A DNA stretch of 64,000 nucleotides, from contig OY986947.1 of the NCBI GenBank assembly GCA_963920595.1, positions 5,518,001 to 5,582,000 of the forward strand. The letters run 5' to 3'. A program made the position numbers and the translations under genes. Positions within the stretch are counted from its first letter, which is position 1. Each line of letters starts with the position of its first letter. The notes below the pieces were generated by a model. That model was given only the letters and a program-made list of their open reading frames with translations, had not been told where the DNA came from and did not search any database. The stretch comes from Eimeria praecox (lineage: Eukaryota). This document shows positions 16,301 through 30,520 of this stretch, in pieces.

Positions 16301-18899
16301 GGTTTCCCAAACCCAAACCAACCAAGCAATCAATGTTTTGTTGCTTTGTTTATGTGCAACGCGAAGCGTTGCACATAAACAAAGCAACAAAACATTGATT
16401 GCTTTGCATGGAAAAGCAATACCTTGTGCTCTTACGAGTCACTGCACGCCGCAGGTACTGCAAGGGCTACTTCACATTCCAGCCGAATTCAATCACTCCG
16501 CGAATGTTTAAAACCGTCTATCTGCCATTGGCTATAGAAATCGCGGTTTCCAGTTTTTGCAATTCGACAGGTACATTCACCAACCCCAGACGGATATTGC
16601 TGTCCCATATGTTTTGTGCGTGTATATAACGCAGGCTTGTGCGTGCAAACAGCTTTAGGGAATTAACATCATGAAAATACTGCTAAAAGCCGCAAGCGAT
16701 CAAGTACTTCGTCTATCCGGGGCAACGGAAACTATTGTCTTACTATTGCTTTTCCTTGCATTTTTAAGTGGCTTGAAGTCGGCTCGCATGCGCCGGCTCC
16801 CGCCCTTTTTCTTCGTCAGCACCGGATTGTGTCCAAAAGTTTTAGTTGATCATTGCCTTTTCTCGAGAGTTCGTCTGTTTGCCGCCCGATTCCTTTCACA
16901 AGGTGTAGGGATGGGGGTGCCCTGGAAGTAAGTCCGATGTGGTGTCTTTGGCATCTGACGGGTAGTCGAAGTGCTAAACACTTCATGTGGCTAAGTGCAT
17001 CTCAGGTCTCTCTATATATAGTCGTGACTGGAGTTTCTCGGCTTTTAATTGCACCAAATCCTCCAAATCTGCGGGCTTCCTGAGACAGTCACGACAGATT
17101 GCATGCCGTCCTCTTACTTTTTTGGCAGCGCTTGTGCATTGCATCTGGACTTCGTCGCTCCCCTCTTATTGGGACACTGATTCCATTCCACTTCTGTTTC
17201 AGTAGCGAACATAAATGCATTTGCACAATCCTCCCCCTCACTAAATACCGACGCATGGACCTCAATCATATCCGCTGGACGCTCAGCCTGGGCAGGTTTG
17301 GCATGAGGCTTCGCGTTCAAGCCAATCCATAGGAAAAAGCGAGTTGTTGAAAACCGCAGCGCTGGGAACCACTGAATAAGCCAACTGCCAGGCAGCTCAC
17401 AACAGCGGTGCTGGAAGATGTTGCAAACTTTAAGTGAAAGTTATGGCTAGGAACACCTTTAAAGTTTCGATTCCATAGTAATATCACTTTTTATTAGCTC
17501 AGGGGTCTGAACCCCCATGCTTTCAAGTGAAAGGGCTCCAGTGAGCAGAATTCTAAGCACGCTACGGCAAACTGAACGACTCTAGTTGAAAACAATAGAC
17601 GAAATATAAGATTGAAGAGGTGTTGACACTTCTGCTGCCTGCAATGAATGGCAGATGATTGGCGATTTGTAACAAGAGTAACCGAGGACCGCCGCGAGCT
17701 GCTATAAAGTCAAATACTTCAAGAAAGAGTCCAAAGCAGCTGATCTACCCTACCGCCTCTAAGTACCCTGGGCACCTCTGCCCAAGGGCTTGGGCTGCTG
17801 GGGGCACGAACTAGCCTGTCATGGGCTACAACGCACCTTGCTGCATATAATGCTGCAAGGCAGCCGCACGTGGACGCACAACCCATGCCCCTTTGCTGCA
17901 TACGTCAACATTGTACACTTTAGTGTAGCGTGGCGCAAGTACATACTTGATCCTGCATAGCAAGCCTGGCAAAGGGTCGGCGAACGCTCGTCGGTATGAT
18001 CTGTTATGGGTTTCTTCTGCGTTCAAACGGGGCACTCCTTAGCTAAGAGTCACGATGTTACTTGGCATCTTACTCAGGGGTTTTATGGCCCTCTGCTGCA
18101 GTATATTGGCTAGCCTGTAACGCACTACGCAGGCTAGATATGTTCAACAGCTAAGTACCACCCAAGTTTTAAACACAGGCTAGCGTTTTCGATTGCGGCT
18201 GTCACTTTCCAGTGAAACTGAGTCTCATGTCGCTGGCTGCGCAGCTAGCGCAGCCTGTTGCGATTGAATTGAACACGGTTGCGATATCCCTCAGCGAACC
18301 GCATCGGCTCCTTGCAGCAGGCGCTTCAGCAAAGAGGGCCGAATATAGCGCGCCTACAGTTCTGTCGTTGCCTTGTTCATGCTGGGGTATCAAATGCTAC
18401 CACGGGGAGTTAACGTCCTGCCACGCCTTTGTTATGCTTGGAGTTGCCCTGTTGCTCCACCTGTATTTTGTTCTTCGATTGGCTGCCTTGGACGGCGCAC
18501 CAAGCCTTTCGGCAAATACCTCAGCCTTTACAACCAGAATATTCGGCTTCTGCGTAAGCGTGGCAACCTCTAGCATTTATCGAGGAATGACGCAAAAATA
18601 TGGTTCTCCACTCTATGCGATGCTCATGCGAGCGGAATTGCAGCTGCAACACAAAGGAGGCGTACCACACCAGGCGAGCCGTAGGGGTACAAAGCAACAG
18701 GCTTACGTGATCCACGCAAGGCAGAATAGTGCATAATTTCTGTGCACCCCGATCATGAACTCGGTCGCTGGATTTTCCGGGGGCAAATAATATGCTAGTA
18801 AGCAACTATGCTTCAGGCGAGCAGCACGAGGGTTCTAAACGCATCGGTAGCTTTCTTCTCAAGTAGAAATAACCCAAATGACAATGGTAGCCACCTGGC

Positions 18900-21800
18900 C
18901 TACATCGTGCTCCGGCGCATCATATCCATGAACTCGTCGAAATCTATCTGCAGCACATGCAGGCAATTGGCTTGTTTCTCACACAAATTTGTTTCAGCCG
19001 TCACAATCCACATCTAAAGAAGCAAAATTTGACGGGTCATTCCCGGGATTATACAGGCACGGTCTATCCAGTGCGGCATCCGCAAGAAGTGAACTAGGGA
19101 TAATATCACTCTTCGGTTTTCTTTTGGTAGAAAACCTGGGTCCTAAGGACGCAAGTGAATTGCGCAATAACTTAAATTAAGCACCTCCACGCCTGACGTC
19201 GGCCTTAGCTAGCCCATTATCGGTGCAACGAACCTCTCCGTCTCCATTCCGGTCCACTTCCCGAATGATGCTCTTGATCTGCTGCATTTGATGGTGCTTT
19301 TCTTGCGGAGACAAGTCATTTGTTCCTTTTTGGCCTTCCCGGTGAGCTTCATCTTCCACGGGAGTTGGCGGATGCGGAGCAGGGTTCTCATGGCCAGGGG
19401 AAGCAGGCGACGGAAATACGGACTGTACATCCGTGTTCAGTAGGACGTGTGCTAGATCCTGAGCGGAGATTCGGCCGTTTCCATCCAAGTCAAAAACTCG
19501 AAATGCTGCCCAGCACACGTCTTCCTGTGACAACGCAAGAATTCAGCATTGTTTCGCCAGGAAAGTGACTGGAAAGATGCCTAGTGCATATAGACGTACC
19601 TCACAAAGCTATCAGGTACTAGAAGAACTGATGCCCTAAAGCACAAGGAGAGTTCGGAGGGGGAGATCCGCACCCTGCTGTCTGGCAAGTATACGAGTTT
19701 GAAGCTGAGAATAACTCTCCTAAGGTGCACGTCTCCCAAGCAGCCATCAAGCTACTTGCCTGTATGTATTGCCGCTTATCGAGGGTGGCGGCTACAAATT
19801 CCGTGTAGTCTATTACACCTGAGCCGTCGGAGTCTACGTCGTTCATCAACTGCTCAAGGTCGCTAGGAATGTCTTTCATGCCTGCCTTTTTAAGGCCAGC
19901 TGCATTGATAAACGCGAAAATACATCATCGCAAACAAAGAATATCCACATTGTTTTAGTGAGCGAGCACGAGCGAACTTTGGTCTAATGCGAGAACGAGG
20001 TTTCGAAGTCTCAACAATTTGGCTGCTACGTTTTTTGGGTTCGGTTAGTTTCGCTCTCTAGCGATGAAATGCCATATCCAGGAAATGCTAAAAAAGGGTT
20101 CAACAGCCAAACGCAAAATGTGCTTGGATTTACTTCGCAGCTCTTGAAGCGTAATGCTACCGTCTCCATCCTCGTCGAGTGCTGAAGGAAAAATTTTGAA
20201 CCCATTGAAGAATCTGTTTCCGTGAACTTTCCCAAAGCGGCATGACCTCTACTCCGTCTGCATTATGTTAATAGTGCAAGTAGCATAGGGAGGTTTAACA
20301 TATTGGCTCGTCTGAAACCGCCGATGCACCAAGAAATGTGTGAGTCAGAAGCTCGATCTGCGTCTCATTCATTTGCTGTGCGATAATTGTCAGTGCTGCT
20401 TTCTTCAATTTGCAGAGTGCTTGAAAAGCCTGCAAACAGGTGAACCGATGTAAGGATAGGTACAACCACATGTTTAGCTTACATATTCCACAGGTCCGGT
20501 GCCAGGATACCGCATTTTTTGACGAGCTAGACGCAGCAGCTTTGGCCGAGCATAAAATGCAACCCTTTTCCCAATGACTTCGTGCAAAGAGAGTACTGTT
20601 GCTCCCCAAGTGACCTTCTACCATTAAATTGGAGAATTTACTTACCCTGAAGTGGTCAAGCATTGTGCGGCTGAACGGAGCATCTGCTGCAGGATTGGGG
20701 GCTGAGGAGAAGTGCTTAATCCATGGGTGATTGAGAGCCTGCTCGGCTGAAAGTCGTTCTGCGGCGCAACGCTGCAACCCAGCAAATAAATAGTCAACAA
20801 CCTTTAGATATGCCCATTTTGTACAAAACACTGCGGTAAAATATTCCTCACGTTCTACTGGAGTGACGCTCATGCAAATGGACAGCATTATAAAACTGCA
20901 AAAGAAAGCTGCCTTGTTGGATCAATTTATGAAATGATTATGAGCGGCGTGCATCGGGAAGTCATTGTTCCGGGTGACTTCAGAATAAAGGCTCTGCTTG
21001 GCTTCCAGGCTTACGGTGGGGATCAAAAGCCATAAGCTTCCGGACAAGGTCCTTTGCTTCATTTGAAACGCCTTTCCAGTCTTGCTCGTTGAACTTATAC
21101 CGTCCTACTTTGACGCGAGCAAGAATTTCCGCGTCGTTTTCCCCGTGAAATGGAGGGTAGCCGCAAAGAAGAATGTACAGAATGACTCCGGCGGACCACA
21201 TGTCACATTTATAGGTATATTTACCTTGTAACACCTGAGGAGCTACGTAGAACGGCGTGCCCGCTCGCGTAGACATGTACGAGTTGTTACTGAAGCGAGT
21301 CGCCAGGCCGAAATCTGCAAACAGAACAAGACCTGCGTAAAGGGGAGGCTAGTGCAGAGTCAGGGGCGGCTCTCTGAACATATTCTAGGCCCTTGTTAAG
21401 TGCATTGGCATCCGATCCCCCCATCCCACATCAACCGTTAGACCCTTCACATAGCAGTGCAAACTCCATTCACAACGATTCCCGGAAGTGTACTCCCTGC
21501 CTGATAGCCAGCGCACCAGTCAGAGCGCTGCTTAACTTAGTCAGTGTTCTGGCCTTCACCCTGTTTTACATCGTACTTGCATTTGCCGTGCAACATGCCG
21601 TTCTGTCTTTCTGCTGCGGTGCCAGCACACGAAGACTCTATGTGGCTTTGCGAGGAACGACAAGTATCCGTACCAATAATTTTAAAGGGGGCATCCTTGC
21701 CCTTGTCAAGAAACATGAAGTTTTCTGGCTTGAGATCCCGGTGAACAATACCGTGTCTGTGCAGGTAGAACAGAGCTGCCAGTATGCACCGCATGAGCGA

Positions 21801-23061
21801 ACAAGCGTAGGCCTCTGAAAAATACCCTTGCTCTATGATGCGATCGAACAGCTCTCCACCCCTGCAGAGCTCCATCACGAGGTACACATTCTTGTGATCT
21901 TCGAAGGTTTCAAAAAGCTTTCTGCGCACAGGAACGCGAACAGTTTATTAACCAGAGTTTGCAGGAAATGGGCAGCACAGACTAACTTTCACTCTCTGCG
22001 CATAATTCCAGGCATAACAGCCATGTTAACGCTCTTCTGGGGTTTTACAGTGCTAAAAGTGCTCACAATCATGAGTGTATATTTTAATCTGCTAAGTGTT
22101 TAGGCATTCTGCGCTGCACGTCCTTGGAACTCAAATAGTATGTAGCTGTTTTGCGGCGAAAAGGCCGCTTGGGCAAGTACTTAGGGTAATGCTTTGTCGT
22201 AACTTTCATTATCATTTCAATTTTGGTGATTTTTTACGTTGTGCCAACAGCGACTGGTTCTTTAGTCAGAAAGCGGCAAAACCCAACAGCCTACTAAGAC
22301 AAAATAGTAACATATCTCGTGGTTGCAACAGATGCGGCAATGCTGACGAATGCTAAAACTTAGTCGGAGTTAGTGTAGATTGCCTCGGCGTGCCAAAATG
22401 CACGTTTCTCTATAGAATAACTCTTCAACAAGTTCCTGCAATGCATATGAAGTTGCCTGGTTGTGAACAGGCGGACTAACATGATATTGGGGTGATCGAG
22501 GGACTTCATAATTGAGATTTCCTGCTTAAACCTCTTGACATTTCGGACCTTGCTTTTGCTGATCGTTTTCACAGCTCTCACTGTCTTCGTTGACTTGTTG
22601 ACAGCTCTACAGACACTACCATATGTTCCTTGGCCAAGCTTTCTCGGCTCGACGTCGTAAGAATCGGTTAGGGGGCCAACAAAGGAAAGAATAAATCCCT
22701 CCCTCTTAAATTTCCATGATGTTGGTTCTACTCCACCCTGCGGTGAGCGGCTATCTCCGCGACGGGCAGGATTTTGCGCGGCACGTTCTAACGCAACGTA
22801 GTCAGAGTGCGGTCCTACAGCCCCAGGTGCACTGCCGCAGGCCCGCGCATTTCGAGGAACAGAAGACTTCAGATGCGCACCTCCGCAGCAAGAAAGGGGA
22901 GTGTCAACCGTAGCGTAGGCCCCAGCTGAGTTATCTTGATGGATGCCACCAGTGTGGTCTAAAGCGTTGTTCGCGTGGCTAGATGGTTCGTGCTCGTGAC
23001 GGTCATTTGTATGTTCATTAGGTGCCCCGCGAGGGCACAAGCAGGTAGAAATTCCGTGCAT
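18900..23061 (-). CDS. Calcium-dependent protein kinase (kinase + 4 EF hands; CDPK2/2A/2B-like); exons ~23061-22481, 21921-21674, 21314-21015, 20758-20646, 20429-20330, 20181-20134, 19899-19760, 19524-19234, 18947-18900
   Basis: LGQGTYGSV, AVK, HRDLKPEN, DFG, GTPFYVAPQ, DMWSAGV, junction KLKKAALTIIA. EF loops DEDGDGSITLQE, DSDGSGVIDYTE, DLDGNGRISAQD, DRNGDGEIDFDE. Start codon uncertain. Confidence 0.93.
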
Positions 23062-24993
23062 ATCTAGCTGAGCAAGAGCGGGAATCAGCGGCTGTTCTAG
23101 GTTGGCAAGTGCCTACGCTGATAAGACGGCACTGGAACTGCAGCTACTGGTTTGCTGTGAAGTAACAGTCAAAATCAGTGTACTAGGCCTCTGAACCAGT
23201 TTAACTGGCTAAAATTCCGTTGAAATGAGCGGGCAAACACTAATGAGATAGGTGATCGTTCTACAAGGAGTGCGATAGTCTCTAGGCATGCAGCCCAGCG
23301 AGAACAGGCGACACAGTTGTTGATGGGCAGCGGGAAAACCGTATGCAAACAACTAAAAATCAAAAAAAAGTGCTTTAGATCATTTTCAGAAGCTCTTTTG
23401 GGGGGGAAGGGGGGGGAAGCAGCTCAAGTCTCAGCTGGTCCTTCGTGGGCTCGGAGCGGTCAGTCCCAGCTGCTGCTTTACGGGCTCAAGGGTGACTGGC
23501 TTGTCACTTTTAAGGAAGCAAGGCGCTATTCCGATTACCTTTAAAAAAACATACAACATGGGGTTATATAACGCGTGAATTGCTTTGTAGGACACTGCAG
23601 TCCCCAATGCCAAATGGGGCTGGCTGCCGAATGCATGCACTGCGTTATGGGGCTGGATTCTAGGTGCATCTGCTCGCAGTACGACCGACCTGAATATTTG
23701 CCATACAATAATGATAATAATGCAAAATACTATCCCTTGTAGCTGTTTTTTTTGCTTTCGGGTGTGCTTCCTTGCGTGGTCTCCAACTCTGTTAGAGCTT
23801 TATGCAGGAGAACCACTTACAGTCTACGCACCACCACGGAGGCAATTCGGTTACTTCTGGACGTCGTTATGCGTAGCTCCTTTGAGCTGTAATGAACCTT
23901 GATGAAGCCTAGTCACACTGAGATGCTGCGAATGGCACGCCTAGGACTAGTGTCCAATACCACTTTGAACACGAAGGCAGTGCCTAGGACCGGAATACCA
24001 GTTGGGCCAGGGTTACCGAAAGGACAAAGGCTTTCGGTCTCCACATTGATGCAATTCTGAATCGCTACATATTTGCCATACTGCTCTCCTTTAACGTACA
24101 ACATTTCTTCGAAGCTTCCAGCCGAATCTTATGAATCCTCTGTGGACAGGCGCATAGTGTAGTTGTGAGGCGCCACACCGTTTCGCAGTGGTGCGGTATC
24201 TCACATTTACCCTGGTTGCCTCGATCCACGTTCTGAAAGTGCCTTATGTCACACAAGAGCTGGCGTGTATGGTATATGCAAGCTCCATTCAAGGTTGCTT
24301 TCTCCAGTTCTGCAGGTGCTTGCAATTCTGAGCGTAGTTGTGTCCCTTTACTGATGTGAATCCCTTGTTCATATCTCGTTGTCCGTGTGTCACGCTTACA
24401 GCATTGTGTATCATCACACCCGTATCGCTTCTTTTTCAAGGGAATAGGCATATTGAAGAAAAGACTAGGTCACAGCTCTCTCAGACAGTTTGTCAATATG
24501 CCGACTACGCAGTGGTTCACCATTCAACGTAATCTCCACGTTTCAAGTGCATCTTACCCCAAAGCGTGTGCCCTGCGGTGGAATGAGAGTGTACCAAGAA
24601 GTCGCTTGCCACTAGATACGAGGCATTAATTCAAAAGACAAGCCATATTATGTATGATGCGCATATTACTGCATATCTCTACTCATACAGCCGAACAGAG
24701 ATTGGGGACGTTTTAGTTTTGTGAATATCTGAGACATGGGTTTTAATCGCAGAGAAAAGGAGTGCAGTTGATTCCCAAAGCACCTGTGGACCTGTTACTT
24801 TTGCAAAGTTGATATTCAAGGAAGGCAGCGGATAGCATAGGAAGGCAGCATTCATCTTTCCCCTGCAAACGACCAAGGAACGGGATAGGCATGGGTGGGA
24901 GGGAAGATGATTCTCCAAAAGGTGAACGTTTAGATGCTTGTAGAGCTGCCTGGACGACTTTCATTAACGGCATGAGGCGGCATCCGGGTCGCC

Positions 24994-27623
24994 TCATTCT
25001 ATAAATCCTTGTTGTGGGAACACGAGAGAGTACAATTTTTGCTGAAAAGACCCAGAACAACCAAAAATTAGTCACTCTGCCGACTTCCCAATGTAGTTAA
25101 TGAGATGTGCAAATATTATGGGCTTTCTTATCTGCAAAGCTCAAAAGATGGCTCACAAGAACCTTGTCGTCTGAAAGGAAGGCGTTCAAAACACTCCGCC
25201 GGTCAAATGCTAGAAACTCTTGAAGAGAAAGCCCCTCAAAGTCTCCTGAGGCAGTTCGACAAAGGCGGCTTCCCTGTTTCTGGTTCCCACAAATTCCGCC
25301 CCCCCCACTGTGCCTCTATAACCGTGGCTCCTGATGAAAATTGCTGAAAAGTGGCTTTTGCAAGTGAAAGAAATGCCTTGCAGTTATTGGCCCTTACTCA
25401 GAGAGGCGGGTGGAGCTCCCCTTAGCTTTCTTTCCTTCCTGATATCATTTATGCACTCCAAAAAAAATGATTCCAAGTCCCGGCGCCTTGAAAGAGCCTT
25501 AGAGGCCTCCACAATGTTCGATCTATTGAAGAGGTACCACACAGTCTATGAATGCAGGTGTCAGTTGACCGCAGCACACGATAATGTCTGAAGGTGCCTA
25601 CATATGCCTAGAATGACCTCTTAGTAAGGAGTGAAGTGTATTTTGAAGTGGTCCCGAGGCTACGCCCAGTGTTCATTCCTGGCGCACTCCATTCGAAAAT
25701 TTCGTTTCGCTTCATTCTGAAGCCGACGGTTTGCTGCAATCAGACAGGATACCTGCTTCTTCAGGTCTTCAATGGTCTCCTTCAGCACTGTTGGATCGTC
25801 GGATGGTGTATGAACTAACGGAGGGGTGCTGTGAGCCGTGACAGGAGCCCTATCCACTATGGCCGGTGGAACAGCGGATTTCGGCGCAGGGAGAGAAAGG
25901 CTTTGCGGCCCAGTCGATTCCTGGCAGAATAAATGTATAGATATGTGCTTGAGTTATGCTTCAACCAGATATTTCAAGTTCTCAGAACAACTCACAAGGC
26001 TGCCACTGAAATCAAGCTAAACAAAACAAAAACTTCTAGCAGTACACTGGGGTGAAGTAGCGTGCGGTGCAAAAGCCATTACTTTTGACCTGCAGTGTGG
26101 TACAGAACTTGCTGGGATCCTGCAGTTGGCTGCTTCGTAATTTGCGTTTTGCCTTCTTTAGCTCGGCCTCTAGAAAATCGCGGTCTTCTCGCAAAGCATC
26201 GGTTCGAGCACGCCAACTGAGAAGGTCCCCTTTAAGCTTTTTGCAAACCTGATCAGGTAAGGCAGACTGACTCTCTTTGGAGATTCCATTCACACCAGTG
26301 TTCTGACACGGCAAAGACAGCACCAGCCTTTCTACGCGGTAGTGCACCAGGTGGTGGCAAGCTGCGCAGTCCTCGTTAACGGCTTCAAGTCAAAAAGCGA
26401 GTGCAATACCTGATCCAGTCTGACTGCTTCGCTCACAAACCACTGTAACTCCTGTTGAAGGGTCTTAATCCTCAAATCTCGTTCCAGCAGATTTTTCTGT
26501 TCATCAGCACAGGCTTGGAGGTTTTCTATATGCTTTTGTACCTTTGCCATGTGAGAGCGGAATGCAGCAAAGAACTCCTCTTCATGCTGAGCAAGGAGAA
26601 CGTTAACCCTTCCTTCTAGGTCATCAGTGGTTTTGGATAGAAGAGCGATTGCATCCGGAAGGCTTCTGGATTGCTGCAGCTCCACCATTGCTTCTGTGTC
26701 GACACACGCATGATCTGTCTTTTCCTCCTCCACCAGAGTAGATAGGTCAGCGATGCCCTTTTCATCCTCATTTTGCAGTGACACCTGGCATGTACCGCCA
26801 GCTTGTTGATTGGATCCCAATGCTTCCTTTGAGATGGTGCCGCTGGTTACCTTTGTAGTGGAATAAGGGACGGAAGGTACGTCCGAAGACGTTGAAAGGC
26901 CATTGCTAGCTTGGCCTCCATCAAGTAAGAACGAGACATGAACAGGCTTTGCATCACGTACGTTCAGCGCTACACCATCTGCCACAGCCACTTTTTCTCT
27001 TTGCTGAGCTGCATCGTCCTGTTCAGAGCCAGAAGGTTCCAGCATGCCGGCACCGCTGAATTCGTCACCAACGGCTTCCATTGTCCCAAATCAGGTGCCT
27101 CTACGGGAGTGATACTCAACGTAGACAATCATTGTGGACTACTATCACCGATTCGCTGCTCGCTGCTTCCTGTGTACGGATATTGCTCGCCCGACGGTGG
27201 GGCTGGCTTCCGCTTGCATGCACTGGCTCATGGGGCTGGCAGCCAGATGCATGCGACTCGTGAGGCAGTAGGCCACAGAATTTTGCCAGTAATGTGACCA
27301 ACGTGATATTGGATGTAAAATGCACCACAGGCCTCTATCTTTCGTCCATCTGTTGTGGAACTCATTTCTTGATTCTTGATATCAATGTGCTCTTTCTCCA
27401 TCGATACTTCCAAATCTATACCGGTTCTTCGATTGGTGGACACGAAAGAGGCGTTTGATATCAACGTTCTGGGCGAACTATCGGGTGAACGTGATATGGG
27501 GCCATCTGTGAGTTTGGGGTAGTGCGATGGTGAAGTGTATGGAGGGCCACTGGCCACAGCTCGTCGTTGCACGTTGTGCTTGGGCTTTTGTTTACTTTTG
27601 CGTGTGCCGGACATTGCCCTCAT
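24994..27623 (-). CDS. Multi-exon coiled-coil protein, possibly basal-body/flagellar (BBOF1-like C-terminal motif)
   Basis: Spliced segments HEEEFFAAFRSHMAKVQ...LQWFVSEAVRLDQ|VCKKLK...EDRDFLEAELKKAKR; RRRDLESFFLECINDIRKE (~25430-25490); FLAFDRRSVLNAFLSDDKVL; QKLYSLVFPQQGFIE* ending at 24994. The 5' end is uncertain (ATG 27081 or ~27623). Confidence 0.6.
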
Positions 27624-30049
27624 TTGACATGCCAGTTCGTGGGTCGAATCATAGGAAGTGGTGGAGGTGCTGTTGGTATATACGGTTGAAGCATGAGCCA
27701 AGCCCAAGAGGGCCGCAAGGACAGCAGGCGACGGCTATTTTAAGGGGCTAAACCGTGCGCCACAGCACTCTGCCTCCATCGTCACAAGGAAAGCTTGGGT
27801 TCGCAGTAATACGAGTCCCATAATTTTAGCCTCATGCATTGCATGCATTGCATGCATTGCATGCATTGCATTGCTTTTGCATCCCTGAATTGCGAGATTA
27901 AGAATGTTAGGCTTCCAGTTGTTCACATCGACTGACGCACCTGCATAGTCCAGGTGGAGCAGAATCAGCGCTCCCATCTCTTGCAAACTATTCGAAGAAT
28001 TAAGCACCCTTTTAGAGAGGCAACGCTTAGACTGGCATAAACCAATCAAACATCCCACTGCACTTTCGACCAGCACGCCCGTCCCAGCAAATTATTGCGC
28101 TCTCGGCAAGTGCTTCCATCGTCGCCTATCTCATGCATGTGCATTGAAGCGAGACGTCGAGGTGCGCTGCTTAGCCAGAATCGATTTCGAGCCAGTTGCG
28201 TTCAGCCATAATCCAAAAGATGGTAGCTTCTTTGCACTAACCTTTAAGGTAGCCGCATTAACAAGTATTTGAACCAACTGTTCTGCTCGCACTAAATCGG
28301 ATCAGAAGCATTAACAGGACGGTAAAACAAGCCTACCTCATGACTGCCTAAACCAATCCCGGGTTCTCTGCTTGCTGGAGAATGACCTGACACTTTGGGG
28401 CTTCTGCCTCCCACTAACAGGAAGCGCCGTCATCAAAGGACCAAAAGGAAAGCCAGTAAAGTACGAATGCTTGGTTACTGTGCAAGACCAGGAACACAAC
28501 AAAGTCCAAAATTTGATTGAACCTCACTCTTGGGGCTCAACAGCCTCACTCTGGGGGCTCAACGGCGGCCCTTGACTCTATCCGCAGTTCCAGTGCCCCT
28601 ACTCCGCTAGGCCATTTCCTTACTATGATGGGCCATACCATATCCGCTACATCATATTTCACTGAGTGCCTAATGAGCCTTTCGGTCCTAGACAAAGGCC
28701 GTCGTGTGCTGCAATAGAGTCAAAGACGTGCAGAAGGAGTTAGGAAAAAGGCAGCCGAATTACCTTCCAGCCCCCTGGCCTCCTGGGCACAGCATCCCAA
28801 GGGCTTAAAGCTGGTCTCGAGACCAGCAGGCCCGCTGAGAGCTGCAGCCCATAGCGCTGCAACTAGTGCTGCAAGGCAACCCCACATATACGCGCAACCA
28901 CTCCGTTTGCTACATGCACTAACCTTGTAGAATGCCGAGTAGACAGTCGTTGAGCACTTGCTTGGTCCACCGTAGGCTGCATGTGAGTACGTAGAGATGG
29001 AAGTACCAACGTCCTACAGGCCATGCTAGCCTGCCCCCCGCCACCTTAGCAAGCATACGCTATGTTGCGCCTGATCGCTCAACATAGGAAAGGTACATCA
29101 TGTGGGGGCTTGTGCCGCACTGGTGTTTGAAGGGGGTGCTGCTTTGGCGGCTTCAGCGGTTTTCTCTGCTTGAGTAACTGCTGTTGCCCTAGTTCTTGTT
29201 GCAGCTGCTGCAGGTGCCTCTGTCGGCCGTCTGAATAAGCTGTACCTTTGTTGCTGTGTGCCGGCGAACTGCTGCACCGGCTGCTGCAGCCCTACGCCGC
29301 GCGCCAACTCCCATCCTCTTTCTTTGACAACACCGGATTGTTTTCCAAGGCGCTAGTTGGTGGTTGAGGACCTTGCCCATCTTTAACATGCCTTATGATT
29401 GCAGCTGAATATCCTCCTGAAGCGGTAGGAGTGCCCGTTACCTTGGAGGGCTGCTCTGGGAATGAGCGTGATGCGGTGAATTGAGCGTCTAGCGGGTGGC
29501 GGGGGAACTGGAAACACCTCCCTATTGAATGCATCCGAGTACGTTTCCTTCTATTTTGCTCTCACTTGGCCCACTACAGTCAGCCTGTGGGTAAGCAGAA
29601 ATACGAGTCAATACCACAGAAACTATGCTGCATGTACATTCTTCCAAAATATCTTATGTCGGCTAGCACTAAGCAAAGCCAAATCAATGCGAGTAAAGTC
29701 CTTAAGGGAAAACCAGTAACTCGAGGTAAATGCTCAAAACAGTTCTTACCATTAAGCAGATTTAGCATGGTCTGTCTGAAGATGAAATGTGAAGTTTTAT
29801 GTGCGTACAGGCTGGATAATGAGGGCCGAGCGCTTGCTTCACAATTGTGTTCAGTGTTAATGAATGCAGAAAGCGGGCGGTGGCTATGCTTGGGTGCGAA
29901 GCTGCCTTGCGGGACGAGTTAGAGGTCTGGGCATGCTGGCTCAACTTCGAATCAGTTCCAGGCCTTGGCTCACGGTGCCCAGGAAACCAAGGGATCGGAA
30001 GGGAGGTATGCTGACCTTTGAAGCGCCTACTTTAAGTTTCTTAGACCTT

Positions 30050-30520
30050 TTACAACTCACGACGGTCCTTCTCGAAGGCGGGGGGTCGCAGGACATAGAC
30101 ATATTGGGCAACCATGAAGTGCTCTAGGCCCTCAGCCGATAGCCTGCAAGCACGCAATAAGCATACCAGTTTCAAGCATATCCTGATAGAACAAGAAACA
30201 ATTAAAGAAATTTTCCCATTTTCATTTGTTCCTGAAACATGGCAGACCCTGATAAAAAGAGGAACAATCCGAACGCTTTTCCCATTTTCAGTTATTCCAA
30301 GGGATGGCAACCCTGAATATGCATAAGAGCCAATGACAGTCCATTCAAGCGGGCAAGCACACAGGAAACGTTTGTCCCAATCTTCGTGGCAGTGCAGGCA
30401 GTTTGTCGTTTTGTTTATTTGCTTCTCAATAAGCAAGTGAATAGGACTGTGTGCCCTGCTTCAGCAGTTGCCAAATCCAGATTCACTAGAACCGCCACCT
30501 TGCCGCTGCTCCTTGGGCAC
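30050..30520 (-). mobile_element. Possible decayed retrotransposon integrase fragment
   Basis: PRSSGKVAVLVNLD followed by DWDKRF and ENGKSVR resemble integrase core motifs; weak. Confidence 0.3.

Noticed and set aside
24065..24451. APAELEK...CIY resembling an RT motif on the minus strand
   Set aside because: Single weak motif without YxDD or supporting neighbours.
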